Source: Lytechinus pictus
Lineage: Eukaryota
Reading direction: 5' to 3'
Assembly: GCF_037042905.1 (NCBI RefSeq)
Contig: NC_087248.1
Location: 21,886,001 to 21,950,000 of the forward strand
Length of the DNA: 64,000 nt
Shown here: piece by piece, positions 1 to 13,888 of the stretch
Layout of the letters: every line of letters begins with the position of its first letter
Numbering within the stretch: the stretch's first letter is position 1
Program-made: the position numbers and the translations under genes
Notes under the pieces: model-generated
What the model saw: only the letters and a program-made list of their open reading frames with translations
Told to the model about the DNA's origin: nothing
Database searches by the model: none

Positions 1-65
1 ATATCAGTCATATCCCTTAATGCAACCCCCCCCCCCGGCCCCTCACCCCCTTGATCAAATCTAAC

Positions 66-267
66 CTTCCTGAGTGGTTAAGGCATCTGCAAAGTTCTCT
101 GATAGATTGTCCACACTCTCCTCCCGCGGTAGCTCCGGGACGTCCCTCTCACTGGATGGATCTTCACTGGTCAGCAGCTCCACTGAGCTGGACTCCAGCG
201 ATGTTGTATCTCCAGTCTCTTCCATTTCCATTGATTCGCTCGTCTGTTGGTTGGTGCTCTTTGAAAG
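66..267 (-). CDS. Probable exon of an unidentified minus-strand gene that continues off the left edge (acidic, Ser/Glu-rich peptide)
   Basis: Open frame LSKSTNQQTSESMEMEETGD...DALTTQE(G), more GC-rich than flanks. Bounded by acceptor ttctcatgcag| at 268/267 and donor GAAG|gttag at 66/65. No recognisable domain. Confidence 0.55.
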
Positions 268-403
268 CTGCATGAGAATGGCAAGTTTTGTGGTCGGTGA
301 AATAAATATCAGTTGTGGTAAGAATCTCAAAATGCTTGTACAGAAAAATAAAAAGAATATGTGCCAGATGATTCTGGTAAAAAAAAAAAGGTGTAATTGC
401 TTA

Positions 404-818
404 AGGCGACCGCACACCTTACGATTGGTCTGCGACCCGATTTCAGAATAAAATGTAGTAGAATTTGATGCTAATATTGAAACTTGGAATATCTTACTGT
501 GTAAAGTTCTAAATCATCGTACGAATACCTATGATCAAATCTGTGACTATGCTATCATCCTTCTTAGAATAAAAGCGAATTTAATATCTAGTCGTAATGA
601 CGTCATAGCAGTCGTATGATTGGCTAAGATTTGAAACTAAATTGGCCTTTACTCCAAAAGAAAGGCTTGCAATCTTTCAAAATGGTTATATTAGTATTCT
701 TTCGATTAATTTTAATCTCAAATAAAATGATATGTTCCATTCACATTTTCAGAAAATGAGCAAAATGCGATTTGTTCCAAAATCGGATCGCGAACAGTCG
801 TAAGGCGTGCGGTGGCCT
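404..818. mobile_element. MITE, PIF/Harbinger-like
   Basis: TIRs aggcgaccgcacaccttacga / tcgtaaggcgtgcggtggcct with TTA on both flanks. Related TIRs recur at 40606-41004. Confidence 0.7.
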
Positions 819-1019
819 TTAGAATGAGCAAAATATGCATCATGGTATTCCACTGATTCCAGGGCTCAGGTTAAGAGTCCTTTATGAAAAGGGGGAGAAG
901 AGATAGCTAGGGATAGGAATTAAACAACATAACCAATGCATTGATTTAGTGTGAGTTGCAAGGCTTGAGATGGTGTTTACTAAAGATGTAGCAAAGGCCA
1001 AGTCTAATCACATCAATAC

Positions 1020-1615
1020 TTTTTTATATGTCTTCCCCTCCTTTGTTTGTTCTATTTCCTCTTCCTTCCTTTCTTCCAATCCTCCTCCAATTCTTTCTTC
1101 AATAGTACCATCCCTTCATCCCCTTTCTTGTGTCCTCTTTCTCTCCCTTTCAGTTCTTCTCTCTGTATTCCTTACTTTTCCTTCTCTTTTGCATGTCCTG
1201 TTCTTTTTTTTCTTCATTTTCTCCCCATTTTTGTTTTGTTTTGTTAATTTTCCTCCTCATCCTCCCCTTGTCCTTTTCCTTTTCTAGTCCTGTTAAGTCT
1301 TATTTCCTTCATCAAATTGATTCCTCAATCAATATTATTGTCCTCCTCTCCCGGTTGTGTAGACGTAGGATAGGCCTCATTGTCATCCTATCTTTCTCAC
1401 ATTCTCATGTTCTTCTCTTTATTTTCACATAATTTATTTTTTCCCTCCTATTTTCCCCTCTTTCGGTTCCTATTCAAATTCTTTATCTTACAGTTTAATC
1501 TTCATAGTTCATTTTCCCGAGCTGGGTTCTCTCTTTATATCATCTTGTTCTTCTCCTAATTCCTCTTTTTTCATACATCTCATTCTTCTTTTACCTTTCC
1601 TCTCTTTCTCCTCAA
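1020..1615. repeat. Polypyrimidine (CT-rich) low-complexity tract
   Basis: About 600 bp of mostly C/T on the plus strand. The ORFs here are F/L/S-rich artefacts. Confidence 0.8.
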
Positions 1616-2620
1616 AATGACTAGAACTTGTCTTCCATAACTAAGTAAATCAATGCAAAATTTTGCAAAAATGCCAAAATATGCAAAGTTTTTTTCATGA
1701 CAAAATATATCATGATTTTTTTTAAACCCCTTTAATTGGTTTTATTTAATAATTTAGTTCTCTAATATACATACTGTCAGAAAGATATTTTACGTTTAAA
1801 TCAAAGTGCATGCGAGAATCGAGATTTACCGTTATGCAATCGTGCTTGCCCGACCGTGGTCAAACTAAAGCTCAAGCAGCGGAGCTGGAGAGGAACGTCT
1901 CGCCATAACGACCCGGCTATATTTGGCCATGTTATGCTACAATACTCGCTGCGCAGCAGAACGCACGAAAGTAAACTAGTACGAGTACGAATTCAAGTCA
2001 TGCCAAAATCAATTATTATTGATATGGGCAAACAAAAGATCAAATTATAGACGGAAAATGTTAACATGATTGTAATATCAATAACTTGAACGAAAATATA
2101 TTCTTCAACGTACGCACAAGACGAAATTAAAAGACTAAATATCTCTGAAAACTTACGTGAGAAAGGATACTTCCCATGCTCTCCGCCATCGCGATTTTCA
2201 TGATGAACTTTGCAGCCCTCTGCGTTGAATTTTGTCACAGTGTGATCTGAAACTTTGAACGGCCGCGCTCGCGGGCCCGAGAAACTCTTGCGATTAAATT
2301 TGTCGATTTTTAACCGTAATTTTTGGTGAAATTTACTCATTTTTGCATATGTTTCGAAGCTAACAACAAGATTAAACATCTGGATACTTCAGAATTTACT
2401 TTTATCCGAGAATTTATCTTCCTAAAGTGCTTCAAAGTAGGTGCTGCATCTCTTTTGATAGAACTTACGTCGAATTGAATACGTGGGAACACAGATCACA
2501 AAATCAAAACAAAGAGCACGTGCTCGCCGCGCCTCATTGAGCCTTGACTCGAGGTTTGTTCGACTTGGACTAACTGTTGAACCGTCCAGACTAGACTAGC
2601 TTAACTGCTTAAGTAAGACA

Positions 2621-5600
2621 ATGGGAGAAGACAAGTCTGACAAAAGTGACAGTTCTGTTGGATCAAACAGCATTGAGGAACCAGAGTATGGATGTCAACT
2701 CAAGATTTTAAAATTGAACAACCAAATTCATGAACTGCAAACACTCATCAGAGATAAGTGAGTCTAATTTAGGAAATGGAGACATCTTACACGTTCAACT
2801 TCACATAATATAACTGTCATGACTGTAGGCCCTAACATTAGTCTTCTAGACTAGAGCTAACATCATGCCCTTGCCCCGGGGACCTCGACACGTCTTAAGA
2901 CAGTCATCATGCCCTAACTATTTTAGTATATTACTCATTACTAATACTAGCTAAAGCCAAGTCAAGCTGTCATCAGGGACCTGGGAACGATTTTTTCAGT
3001 GGGGGTGCTGCAATATCTTCTCAAGGTGGGGGGGGGGGGGGGCAGACACAATTTTTGTTTTCCATAATTACACACACACACACATAACACACACACACCC
3101 TCACATACACACACACACACATACATGTATATATATATATATAAATATACATATCAGTCACTTATAATATTAGCTTTCTTCTTATAAAAGAACATAAGTC
3201 ATAAATATATACTTAGATAATTCGAGCGCGAGCTATTTTTTGTGGAAATTTCATGTATTTTGTCCTGAAAATTGAACATTTTGAGCAATGTTTGTGGTCC
3301 AAGATGCGTATGTAACAAATAATAATTGTGAGCGCGATCAGCGCGAGCAGATATTTTTTATATAAGCTCTGGCCTGATCGAAAGGGACGTGTTATAAGGA
3401 CTGTTTGCAGTTACCCATGAAGACGATACATATATTAACAATCAAATAATGCGCGCGAAGCGCGAGCTGAAAATTTTGACATTCCGACCTAAATACTGGA
3501 CATTCTAAGCACGTTTTTTAATTATGAACAGGGTAGGTATATATACAATTGATGCGAAGCGCGAGCGTAAGCAAAATTGAGATTTCAGACCAAAAAACGA
3601 GAGATTCTAAGTACTTTTCTAATCATGATGAGGATAGGTATAAAACTATACAATTGATGCGAGCGCGAAGTACGAGCGGAAACAAAATTGAGATTTCAGA
3701 CCTGAAAACGGGACATTCTATTCATGTTTCGTAAATCAAGAAAATGATGGGTATTTGGATATATTCTTAAATTAATAATGTGAGCGCGAAGCGCGAGCAG
3801 AAAAATTTTGATATTCTGATCTGAAACTCTACACTGAATGTAAAATGATTTTCACAGGTAAAGAAAATTCAGACGAACAACATAAGAATAAAGATTTGTT
3901 AAAAATCAGACAAGGAATATCACAGTTATTGCATTTTAAAGATTAGCATTATTCCCAACTTGTTATATTGCTAAACTTTAGAATTAAATAACTTAACTAA
4001 TCGTTATCAGATTTTGATAAAATTTATTTATTTTGATAAAATGTATTTGATATAAATATTTTCAGCCCGGAGTACCCCCCCCCCCCCAAATAAAGCTGCG
4101 TATCTGAATAAACATGCGTGCGCGTGTTTAGAGTTAGACCTAGTATCTGGGCATTCTAAATACATTTTTTTATTATAAAAATGAATAATGCGAGCGCGAA
4201 GCGCGAGCAGAAAATATTTGATATTCCGATCTGAAAGAGGGTGCATTTAAACACTATTTCAATGTGTCGGAAAATTTTGAAGTGGGGGGGGGGGTGGGGT
4301 TCTACAAAACGTCGTTCATTTTCATTACATTTCTGTCATTTATCATACCTACCACTAGATTTCCAGGAGGTGCGCTGCCTATGGAAAATAACACACGCAG
4401 CACCCCCGCTTCCCAGCCCGTAGGGCCATGGGGCAGGGCGAAAAAGACTGTAAAATTTGATTTCTATTGTCTGACTTGTAATTTTTGTATACAATACACG
4501 GGCGGTCGGGCGCGCGCTCACTTGATTCGACAAAAAACCTGGAAGTTTCAAGTCCAACCACCCCATGTCCATCCCTGCTATCGCGCGACCACGTCTGTAT
4601 CTGAGCGCTGCCCCGCTGGAGCTTGATTGAGTCGCGTTATAGGAGGGATGTTATTGGAATATGTGAAAGACTATGTAAATGATTTGCGGTTGTCGGATGT
4701 GATAATTATGTACATTATAACATATTTAAAAAAATACAGGGGGAACCTGATTTCGTGGGGGTGCTGCCTATGGAAAATAATACACGCAGCACCCCCAGGA
4801 TAATTTCTGGGGGTGCTTCAGCACCCCCAGCACCCCCGCTTCCCAGGTCCCTGGCTGTCATTTGTCCCTCTAAAGTTACCTGCTCTAAACATTTTTAACA
4901 TTGATCATTTGATGATTGAAAAACCTGATCAGGGCTAACGTTAGTCAAGTTAAGTTTGGGATTATTTTTTCTTCTGATGACATTAAAATAAATGCAGAGT
5001 CAATAATTTTTTTAATGAAAACTCAAAAGCCTAATCCTTGGTGTAAAAGTCTAATATTGCATTGTTTTTATAGATTTACAAGTCTATGTAATGTTGTTGT
5101 TAATGTTATTGTTAAGTGTTGTTGATATCCCTATTGTCTATTGATGCTGCTTCTGGATATTGTTTGGAACAACAAAATTCTCATAAATTTGTACATTTTC
5201 ATTCATTAAAAACATTTACTTACTTACTTGAGAGGAGTCAAGGACTTGTTTTTCAATTCATGAATGTATGTTTTCTTTACTCATGACTCTAGTCTAGGTT
5301 TTTGGGGCTGTTTCTCCCATAAATATCTGCCCTCCACACACGTTTAGTTGTTTTAAAGACCAGTTTAAGAAACTTCGAAGGAATGATCGGAAGCACTACA
5401 GGACTACATACTTCTTCCGTACAACGATGATGATGATGATGATGATGTTCTGTTTCATATTTTCATTTGATCTTTGCTTATTTCATTTTCATGAACTGTG
5501 GTTCCAATTAATGGAGGAGGTCTTTTTCTACTTGTACAGTAGTAGATCTAGGTCTCGGTCATTATTCAACATGTAATTCTACTCTTTCTTTTTTAACTCT

Positions 5601-8600
5601 GTTTTGTTTTCTTTCAGGACAACTTCAAGAGGAGACTTTGTATTCTATGCAAACAGGCTGGTAAGATCCATGTATCTCTTTAAAAACACTTTTAGAAAAT
5701 AATAGTGTTTATATTGATTTCATGTTTACCTAATTGTACCAAGTCTTGTTTTCTAGTTCAGTATTTCTCTGCCTATAGATGTAAAATTAGTTCTCACTGA
5801 AAACTTCCTTTATTTAGTTTATCATTTATATTTTATCAATTAGTGTCTGAGTTTTCTGTTGTGATAATAGTAGTACCTGTTCTCGTTATCAATTTTCATT
5901 ATCATTGATACTATGTTATATATATTTATGATTTTTGAAATATGTTCTTAGATCCGATTGGTTGTTGAGGAGGGCTTGAACCAGCTACCTTACAAGACAT
6001 GTGAAGTGATCACACCGACAGATGAACCCTTTGATGGAGTGGAGTTTCTTCATGGAAATTGTGGCGTCAGCATTATGAGAAGTGGTGAGATCCCCTTTGT
6101 TTTAATTTTCCCCTTTCTCTTTTCTTTCTATTTTTTTTTCATTTCTTCTAAATTTCTTGTTATCTCTTTGTATCTTAATTCTCTTCACTTTCTCCATTTC
6201 CCCTGAAAACAGATTTTTTCCTGGTGAAGTAGATAACATTAAGAAAACAAATCCTACCCTTTAACGTTACAGATTAATATTCATACAATTATATGACTAT
6301 TTTATTATACACTGTATCAGAAATCTTGTTTATAATGTTTAGAATAATTAAAAGTTATCAAACGGTTTACCAGTGACAAGCATTGTATTCATTACTAGGT
6401 ATAGAGCATGAATTTCAGTTGTTGCATTTGATAGTGTTTGCTGACAATGGTAGGTCACTAAATGAATTTTTATTTTTTTCCTCCTTCCTCTATTGTCTTT
6501 GTGCTTCATAGGCGAGGCCATGGAACACGGTCTGCGAGACTGTTGCAGGTCGATACGAATCGGCAAGATTCTGATCAAAACAAATGAAGAAACGGACGAG
6601 GCCAAGGTGTACTATGCCAAGTTTCCACCCGATATTAGTAGACGAAGAGTGCTTCTCATGTACCCTATACTTAGTAAGTCTGTGCAATCCATTTCTCCAT
6701 TGTATACCTACATTCAGAATCTTTATTTCCTATTTATTTGGAGCCTATAAATCACAAGCTTATAGCTTTCAACTTTGACACCTAACCTTCACTAATATAG
6801 TTTTCTTATTGCATGTGTTCGAAAATTTGAATTGTTTAAGATCTTGGGATGGGATATTTGGTTTTGGAATTCCTGTGTGTTTTTTTTTCTTTCTTTTCCT
6901 TAAGCATTTAGCAAATTTCACAGAATCATTATTTCATGAAAATGAACGTCACAATCATGAGATAATTATGCAGTTAAAAATAAATGCCAACATACTAAGG
7001 TAACTTGTCAATAGCCAGTCATTGTTTTTGCACAGGGATCCCACTAAAATTATAACATTTGATAATAAGTTTCATGAAAAAGGTCACTGGCCTTTATATT
7101 TTTCATTGCTATTATAACATATTATTTTGAATTTGTATGAAGAATTGAAGACGCTGTTGTGCCAAGAGTAATTTCTTGACTTAAATTTGTTCGATTCTCT
7201 TCAACTAGACTCAGGAAACACTGTGATACAAGCAGTAAGGGTCCTCCAAGAACATGGTGTTGATGACAAAAATATTCTTCTTCTCACTCTCTTCTGTACT
7301 CCACATGGTAAGAATAGCTTAAAGGTCAAGTCCACCCCAGAAAATTGTTGATTTGAATAAATGGAGAAAAATCAAACTAGCATAACGCTGAAAATTTCAT
7401 CAAAATCGGATGTAAAATAAGAAAGTTATGGCATTTTAAAGTTTCGCATATTTTTCACCAAACAGTGATATGCACAACTCAGTTACATGCAAATGAGTCA
7501 GTCAATGATGTCCATCACTCACTATTTCTTTTGTTTTTTATTGTTTGAACTTTGAACTATACAATATTTCATTTTTTAGAGATTTGACAATAAGGACCAA
7601 CTTGACTGAACCATATAGTATAAAACAATGCTAATTCTACATGTTCAGGGAGGAATTAGTCTTTGTTTCACTTGTCAATGAGGAGAAAATTAGAATATTT
7701 CATGTAATAAACTACAAAAGAAATAGTGAGTGGATGACGTCATCAGTCTCCTCATTTGCATACCGACCAGGATGTGCATATAACTGTTTTGTGAAATTAA
7801 GCAAAACTTTAAAATATAACCTTCTTATTTTACATCCGATTTTGATACAATTTTCAGTGTTATTTTTGTTGGATTTATTCAAATCAACTTTTTGTTGAGG
7901 TGGACTTGTCCTTTAATATCCTTTTTTTTTCTTCTTTTTTTTTGCATGATTAGCAAACATTTAAAACTCAACAGCTCAAATGTCACTTATTTATGACCCT
8001 CCACCCCAAAACCAAGAACAAGTCACCTGAAATGATTTTTGAATTTTTCGTCAAGTTTGAAAAAGCACATTCCTAAGCTTTGAAATAATTTGTCAAAATT
8101 GATCAACAATACCTAACCACAGAAATATTTTGATTGAATGTAAGAGCTTCAAGGAATAGTAAACAAGGTTTGAAGTTTGAGGTTCAAACCGAGTAATCTC
8201 AGTGAAACTTCCAAGCAGTCCCCCCAAAATGGTGTCAAAGAAACTATTTTTTTTTTCATTTCTCATCTACTTGACAACTTTTTTTAATACATTATTGACC
8301 CCCTTTGTAAAAGTTTGAAATGAAGATTCCATGAGTTTAAAGGGCAAATCTATGACAAAAAAAAAATCAAACTTCTGTATGCCCAATCCCCATTTTCTCA
8401 ATTAACTTCACTTCAAGACCTACTGAAGCCATGCTAATTTGAGAGCAAAACTCCTCTTTATATGATATCCAATGCAGAGATAAATCATTATAGGTCCTGA
8501 TTATAAGTTATAAGGGTCGGGTAAATACTTTATGAGATTGCCCTATGTGGAGTTTGTTTACGTTTCAATCTTTAAACTATTTGGATCCTTCCATTTTGTT

Positions 8601-8733
8601 GTGGTCCATTTCATATTTGCCTGCAGGTGTAGAGACTGTGATCAAGGAATTTCCAAACATCACCGTCTTGTCATCGGAAAAGGACCCGGTTCCACCAGTC
8701 CACTTTGGTCAGAAATATTTTGGGACAGATTGA
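2621..8733 (+). CDS. UPRT: Uracil phosphoribosyltransferase homolog, 226 aa, 6 exons
   Basis: Exons 2621-2757, 5618-5660, 5952-6084, 6512-6673, 7209-7307, 8627-8733, all GT-AG with matching phases (681 nt). Motifs [84 protein letters not shown] are characteristic of metazoan UPRT. Confidence 0.96.
2974..4853. mobile_element. Non-autonomous hAT-like element in UPRT intron 1
   Basis: 14-bp TIR cagggacctgggaa / ttcccaggtccctg and perfect 8-bp TSD GCTGTCAT (2966-2973, 4854-4861). Internal (CA)n/(TA)n and repeated gcgagcgcgaagcgcgagc units. Confidence 0.9.
7323..7912. mobile_element. TTAA-flanked MITE family A (Kolobok-like), copy 1
   Basis: TTAA|aggtcaagtccaccc...ggtggacttgtcct|TTAA. Closely similar copies at 12811-13389 and 26594-27132. 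Confidence 0.88.
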
Positions 8734-9695
8734 CCATCCACTGACCGATGAAGAAATAATGGACAATGATTCATTGCAAGAATGCAAGAATACCATCGGA
8801 ATTCATCAAGGTATCCTTCCTCCATGTACAAGTAGCCTTGCAGCGCTGTCTTTGCTGTTAAGTGAAACACAAGTGACGTGTGTGATACAGTCAAGCATTA
8901 TAAGCATATTATATGAAGGGATTATTTCAAGCATTATTTTAAGATCCGAAAAATATCTTTCTTCACCGCACTATACTCAACTTCTGACGTTACTTTATCC
9001 ATCAATGGTTGAAGGTCCAAACCTATTCATAGATCAAATGGAATTTTGATACGTGTGTTTGAGATTGTTACACTAAAGCATCATTTTTATTTCCAGTTTA
9101 AGCTACCTTTTCATAATCCCTGATTGGGATTTGATGTATAAATTTACTGGTAGTCATTTCTTACTACATTTGAGATACAAGGTATTTGTCAGCAACATAC
9201 GTGACATACATAATCACTTTGTGTTTTTAAGGTCCCCCTTCCTATCCCATTGAATTTGGCTGAAGTACATTATTTATTCACTGATCATTGTGTTCATATT
9301 TGTTTCTATACACTGTTTTTAAAGAAAAACTCTTCAATACAATTATATACAGTTCATTGTTATTTTGATTTTAGAATTCTAGTTTAAATAAATTTGCCAT
9401 ATTATATTGCTTCCCGTTTATCCACATGATGCCCAAACATGATCCATTATCGCCCAAACTCCATAATCCATACTGTGCTCAAAAAGAAATTTCATTGCAT
9501 CCAAGATTTTGTGTGGATGTGTCTATTTCAACAATGCTCTTTTCCGTATACAATTTGATGATGGACTTCTGGCATTCCAACGTAATCTAAGTCGGGTGAG
9601 CAGAGTATTTTGTGTAAAGATTTCTCTTCAGACCCACATATTCGATTCCATGAATTTGTCATCATTTTGTTATGCATCTTTCCTGGACAAGACGA

Positions 9696-9855
9696 GGGGA
9701 GCACTTCATCAAACATTTTTCATCTGACAAGACGTCAAATCTGCCACCTTTCTTTGATTCTGATTGGCCGAGAAGCACATTTCCCATGGAAAATGTCAGA
9801 TTAAACGGGACTTGTCGGATAAACATTCGACAAGTGCTTTCATTGAATGCTCCCC
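9696..9855. mobile_element. Short MITE (Harbinger-like ends)
   Basis: ggggagcacttca...tgaatgctcccc TIRs with central gattctgattgg. A decayed relative lies near 43520-43676. Confidence 0.6.
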
Positions 9856-10105
9856 TGCTATCAGTTATTCTGAGATATTGAAAATGTACAAATTTACAGT
9901 ATATTTGTAACAGGTCATTGGCAACCTTATACTCTAGTCTTTGTATACTTATCTTTAGATTATATAAGTTTCGATATGGTGCTACTTCTATCAAATGGAG
10001 ATTCCAATTACATTCAATCTGGCAGTCTAAACATTTTGCAAGCTAATAATCTGACATGACACGAACCCAGAAAGGAGATCAAATGTCTCACCAGATTACT
10101 ATTAA

Positions 10106-10869
10106 CCCTATCTAGGCCGAGGGGGGGGGGGCCTCGGAGGCCTCCCCCCTCAACGATTCGCGCAATATTTTCGCCGCGCGAAATTTATTGACCGCGCCGC
10201 TCGCTGACTTTTTACTTTGAAGTCTTGCGTAACTTTTGAGACCAATTTTGCGTCACCCAGGTACGTGGTTCCGAAATTACGCAACATTATGTAAGTTCAT
10301 GTCAGACCAAAAATTGCTCAAAAACGTGATTTTGTGTACAAAGTCAATGCAAATTGTGTTTTCAACCAAAAATCATAAATGTATGGTTATTTTTAGTTTT
10401 ACTGGTCTGAATGTATTTATTTTATGCTTTTTATGATCTCAGAAGAGTCCCCAACAAATTTCATTGAAAAAACAATGAAAAACAAAAGGTAAAAAAACAA
10501 AGAAACATAAGAAATTGCAAAAAACAATATAATACATAAGAAAATGATTTGATATCGCAATTTTGATCATGTACACTTGCTAAGAGCACCACAAAGAGTT
10601 TCTATACCAAAAATTAGAACATTTGGAGCTTTATTTAGGGAGTTAAAGGAAAAAGTATGATTTCGCATACTAATTACGCATGAATTAGCATTATCACTTA
10701 AAAGCAATTTGCATGAAATAAATTACTATACAATTTTGTAGATTATGGCCCAGACAACCCGCGTGCCAATTTTCGGCGCGATCATGCGGTCGACGGCCAA
10801 GATCTCCCCTCCCCTGGCCATATGAACTCCCAAAATACCCCGGCCTAGATTATATATATGTAGATAGGG
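10106..10869. mobile_element. piggyBac-like MITE
   Basis: TTAA|ccctatctaggccg...cggcctagat[short insert]aggg|TTAA. CCC/GGG termini with TTAA TSD. Confidence 0.82.
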
Positions 10870-10904
10870 TTAAAGCTTGAAGTCAATCTTTATTTTTACA
10901 TTAA

Positions 10905-11499
10905 AGGGGAATCCAGCCTTGGCCATCAAATGTTGTGTTGGGAAGGAGAAAAATAAATTAAACAGAGTGGTGAAAGTTTGAAAGAAATCGGACAAGCAAT
11001 AAGAAAGTTATAGCTGCTTTAAAATTTAGATCACTAATACTATGTAGATTTCAAATTGGCAACTGGGTAAGTAAATTATGACAAGGGGCAAGGACAACTT
11101 TTCCATAGGCCATGTACTTTATTATCAGGGATTTGTGGTTTTCTCCTAAGTACCCATTCCCCTGGGGCAGTAATCTAAATATAACCCAGGTAGTATATTG
11201 TTTTATGTCCTCATGAAAGAAAAATATAATTTGAAATAAAACTTTTGGAAAAAATCACATTTTAGCCATAATATGTATTGGAGTACATGGAAGAGTAGTC
11301 CTTGCCTTACATCACTATGACATCCCATATGTGGCCACTTTGAAGTCTCCATGGGTATAGTGATTACCAATATTTACAACTTTTAAAAATTCATAACTTT
11401 CTTGTTGTTTGTCCAATATTGTTCAAACTTTCACATATCGACTTGTCTGATTTTTCTTTTTCTTATAAAAACAAGTTTTTAATTGGGTTGGATTCCCCT
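10905..11499. mobile_element. TTAA-flanked MITE family B (Kolobok-like), copy 1
   Basis: TTAA|aggggaatcca...tggattcccct|TTAA. Copies at 15064-16250 and 58977-59570. Confidence 0.88.
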
Positions 11500-11692
11500 T
11501 TAAAGATTTAATTAGTAAGCCCAACTAGCTGGACTCCAACAGCTGTACATTTGTGTACAATAATGTGTGTTACTGAATGTGTTGTATCAGCATTTGTGTA
11601 CAGTGTACATACGCAGTGATTCGATCAAACAATCTGCAATCTGGTGTAGACTCTCTTCTGCTAGTAGTTGATGCTTGATTTCAAATTGTTAA

Positions 11693-12276
11693 AGGAGAAT
11701 GAAACTCTTGGAGCAAGTTAGCTTTTGTGAAAGCAGAAAAATCAAAGAATAAGATCAACAAAAGTTTGAGTAAAATAGGACTAGCAATAGAAGAGTTATG
11801 AGCATTTGAATGTCGAGATCACTAATGCTATGGAGATCCTCCCATTGGCAACGCAACCAAGATCTATGATATCACAGATGAACAACTCTCCCCTTTTGGA
11901 CACTGAAAATATACCCCAAAACATCTCTTTTTGCTCATTCTAATCATATGACAAACGATTCATCAATGATATAATGTTGTGAAACCTCTGTACTTGTCCT
12001 CTCATAAAGAGAACACCTCACCTTGTGATAGATTCTATAAAAGTGAGAATATAAGTGAAATAAGTACTAAAGCAATGAGGGAGTTGTACGTGTGTGACAT
12101 CACAGATCTTGGTCGCATTGCCAATGAGAGGATCTACATGGCATTAGTGATCTCAATATTAGAATTCTCATAACTTTCTTATTATTCATTCAATCTTCCT
12201 AAAACTTTCAACAATATGTTTCTTTGATTTTTCTCTTTGATATGGATTCAGCTGGTTTCAAGGGTTTCATTCTCCT
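11693..12276. mobile_element. TTAA-flanked MITE family C (Kolobok-like)
   Basis: TTAA|aggagaatgaaactcttg...caagggtttcattctcct|TTAA with long imperfect subterminal inverted repeats. Confidence 0.85.
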
Positions 12277-12810
12277 TTAATGTTGACGGGTAATATGAGG
12301 GTTGACGGGTAATACGAGGGTTACTTAATACTGCTGGAGTCTGTAATTAAAACCAACTTGATTTCATGGGGGACTCCCTAATCTTAAGTTTGAGGTCTTT
12401 TTTTTTAATATGATATTGTACTGGAAATATGTATTACGTATTCATATATTTAGTAGAGATGTTACATAAAGAACAAAAATGATGTGAATGAAAACAATTA
12501 TGTTCATTTATTTCATTTCTTCCTTATTGTTAATAAAATATGTATGAGATAGTATTGTATGCTCTCCTTGTTATCTTTGTTGTGTATTTCCTTTTCACAT
12601 TTGGACGGTATTCTATGTGTTTGAATTAATGTGGACATTGATATTTCATTACAAGGTATTCCTTTACAGCTACTCCTTGGAATCTCTGTTGCATACATTG
12701 CATGTTGCTATGTTGGGCAACTTGTCATGAATGACCTTCATTTAAAAATGTTTAAAATTTGAATATGTCGTTAAACTGACCTGTATTAAAGCATACTTTC
12801 CCCACATTAA

Positions 12811-13389
12811 TGGTCAAGTACACCCCAGGAAAATGCTGACTTGAATAAATAGAGAAAAATCAAACTAGCATAGTGCTGAAAATTTCATCAAAATCGGATG
12901 TAAAATAAGAAAGTTATGAAATTTTTAAAATTTTGCTCATTTTTCACAAAACAGTGATATGCACAACTAGGTGAGTCAGTTGATGATGTCCATCACTCAC
13001 TATTTCTTTTGTTTTTTATTGTTTGAATTATACAATATTTCATTTTTTATAGATTTGACAATAAGGATCAACTTGACTGACCTATCTGGTATTAAACAAT
13101 CCTAATTCCACATGTTCAAGGAGGAATTAGTCGTATCACTTGACGAGAAAATTAGAATATTTCATATAATAAAATACAAAAGGAATAGTGAGTGGATGAC
13201 GTAATCAGTCTCCTCATTTGCATACCAGCCAGGATGTGCATATAACTGTTTTTGTGAAATTAAGCGAAACTTTAAAATGTCATAACTTTCTTATTTTACA
13301 TCCAAGTTTGATGAAAATTTCAGTGTTATGCTTGTTGGATTTTTCTCTTTTTATTCAAAATCAACTTTTTATTGGGGTGGACTTGTCCT
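12811..13389. mobile_element. MITE family A, copy 2
   Basis: Colinear with 7323-7912. TTAA at 12807-12810 and 13390-13393. Confidence 0.88.
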
Positions 13390-13562
13390 TTAATGTTTCT
13401 TTCTTCACTCCTTGAACCCATTATTATGAGGGGAAGTTCACCCAGACAAAAAGTTTATAGTAAAACAGCAGGAAAAAGATATTGCCAAAGATTTGAGAAA
13501 AACCCACCAAAAAGACTTTCAGGGAGTCTCTGACAATGTGGGAGACTTTAATAGCATAAAAT

Positions 13563-13888
13563 TCAAATTCATCCAATTACTAGCTTATCATTTGGTCTAC
13601 CATCAGTTTTTCCACTATCCACATAGTCTAATTGCCATTTCGTCTAATAACCAGTTGGTCCAATAGCCATTTAGTCTAATTGGACCAAATGTTAATTGGG
13701 CAAAAATAAAATGAATGAAAAGAAAATGGGTATTAGACCAACTGGTTATGAGACAAAATGGTCATGGGTGAAGTGGTGATTAGACGAAGTGGTTATTGGA
13801 CCAAATGGTTGTTAGACAAAATATTGGTTGGAATGGCAGACTAAATGAAGGTAGATCATGTGATGAATGGACATGTTGGCAATTTACC
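13563..13888. mobile_element. Palindromic MITE built of ttggtcta/tagaccaa units (partial)
   Basis: Colinear with 47741-48142 and sharing the end ttggcaatttacc. Confidence 0.7.

Noticed and set aside
2344-2395. Additional hammerhead-like motif on the minus strand
   Set aside because: First box is CUGAAGU rather than CUGANGA, and stem II does not pair.
3200-4240. Regularly spaced gcgagcgcgaagcgcgagc units as a CRISPR-like array
   Set aside because: Intervening sequences are related to each other, the units lie inside a TSD-bounded hAT element, and the context is eukaryotic.
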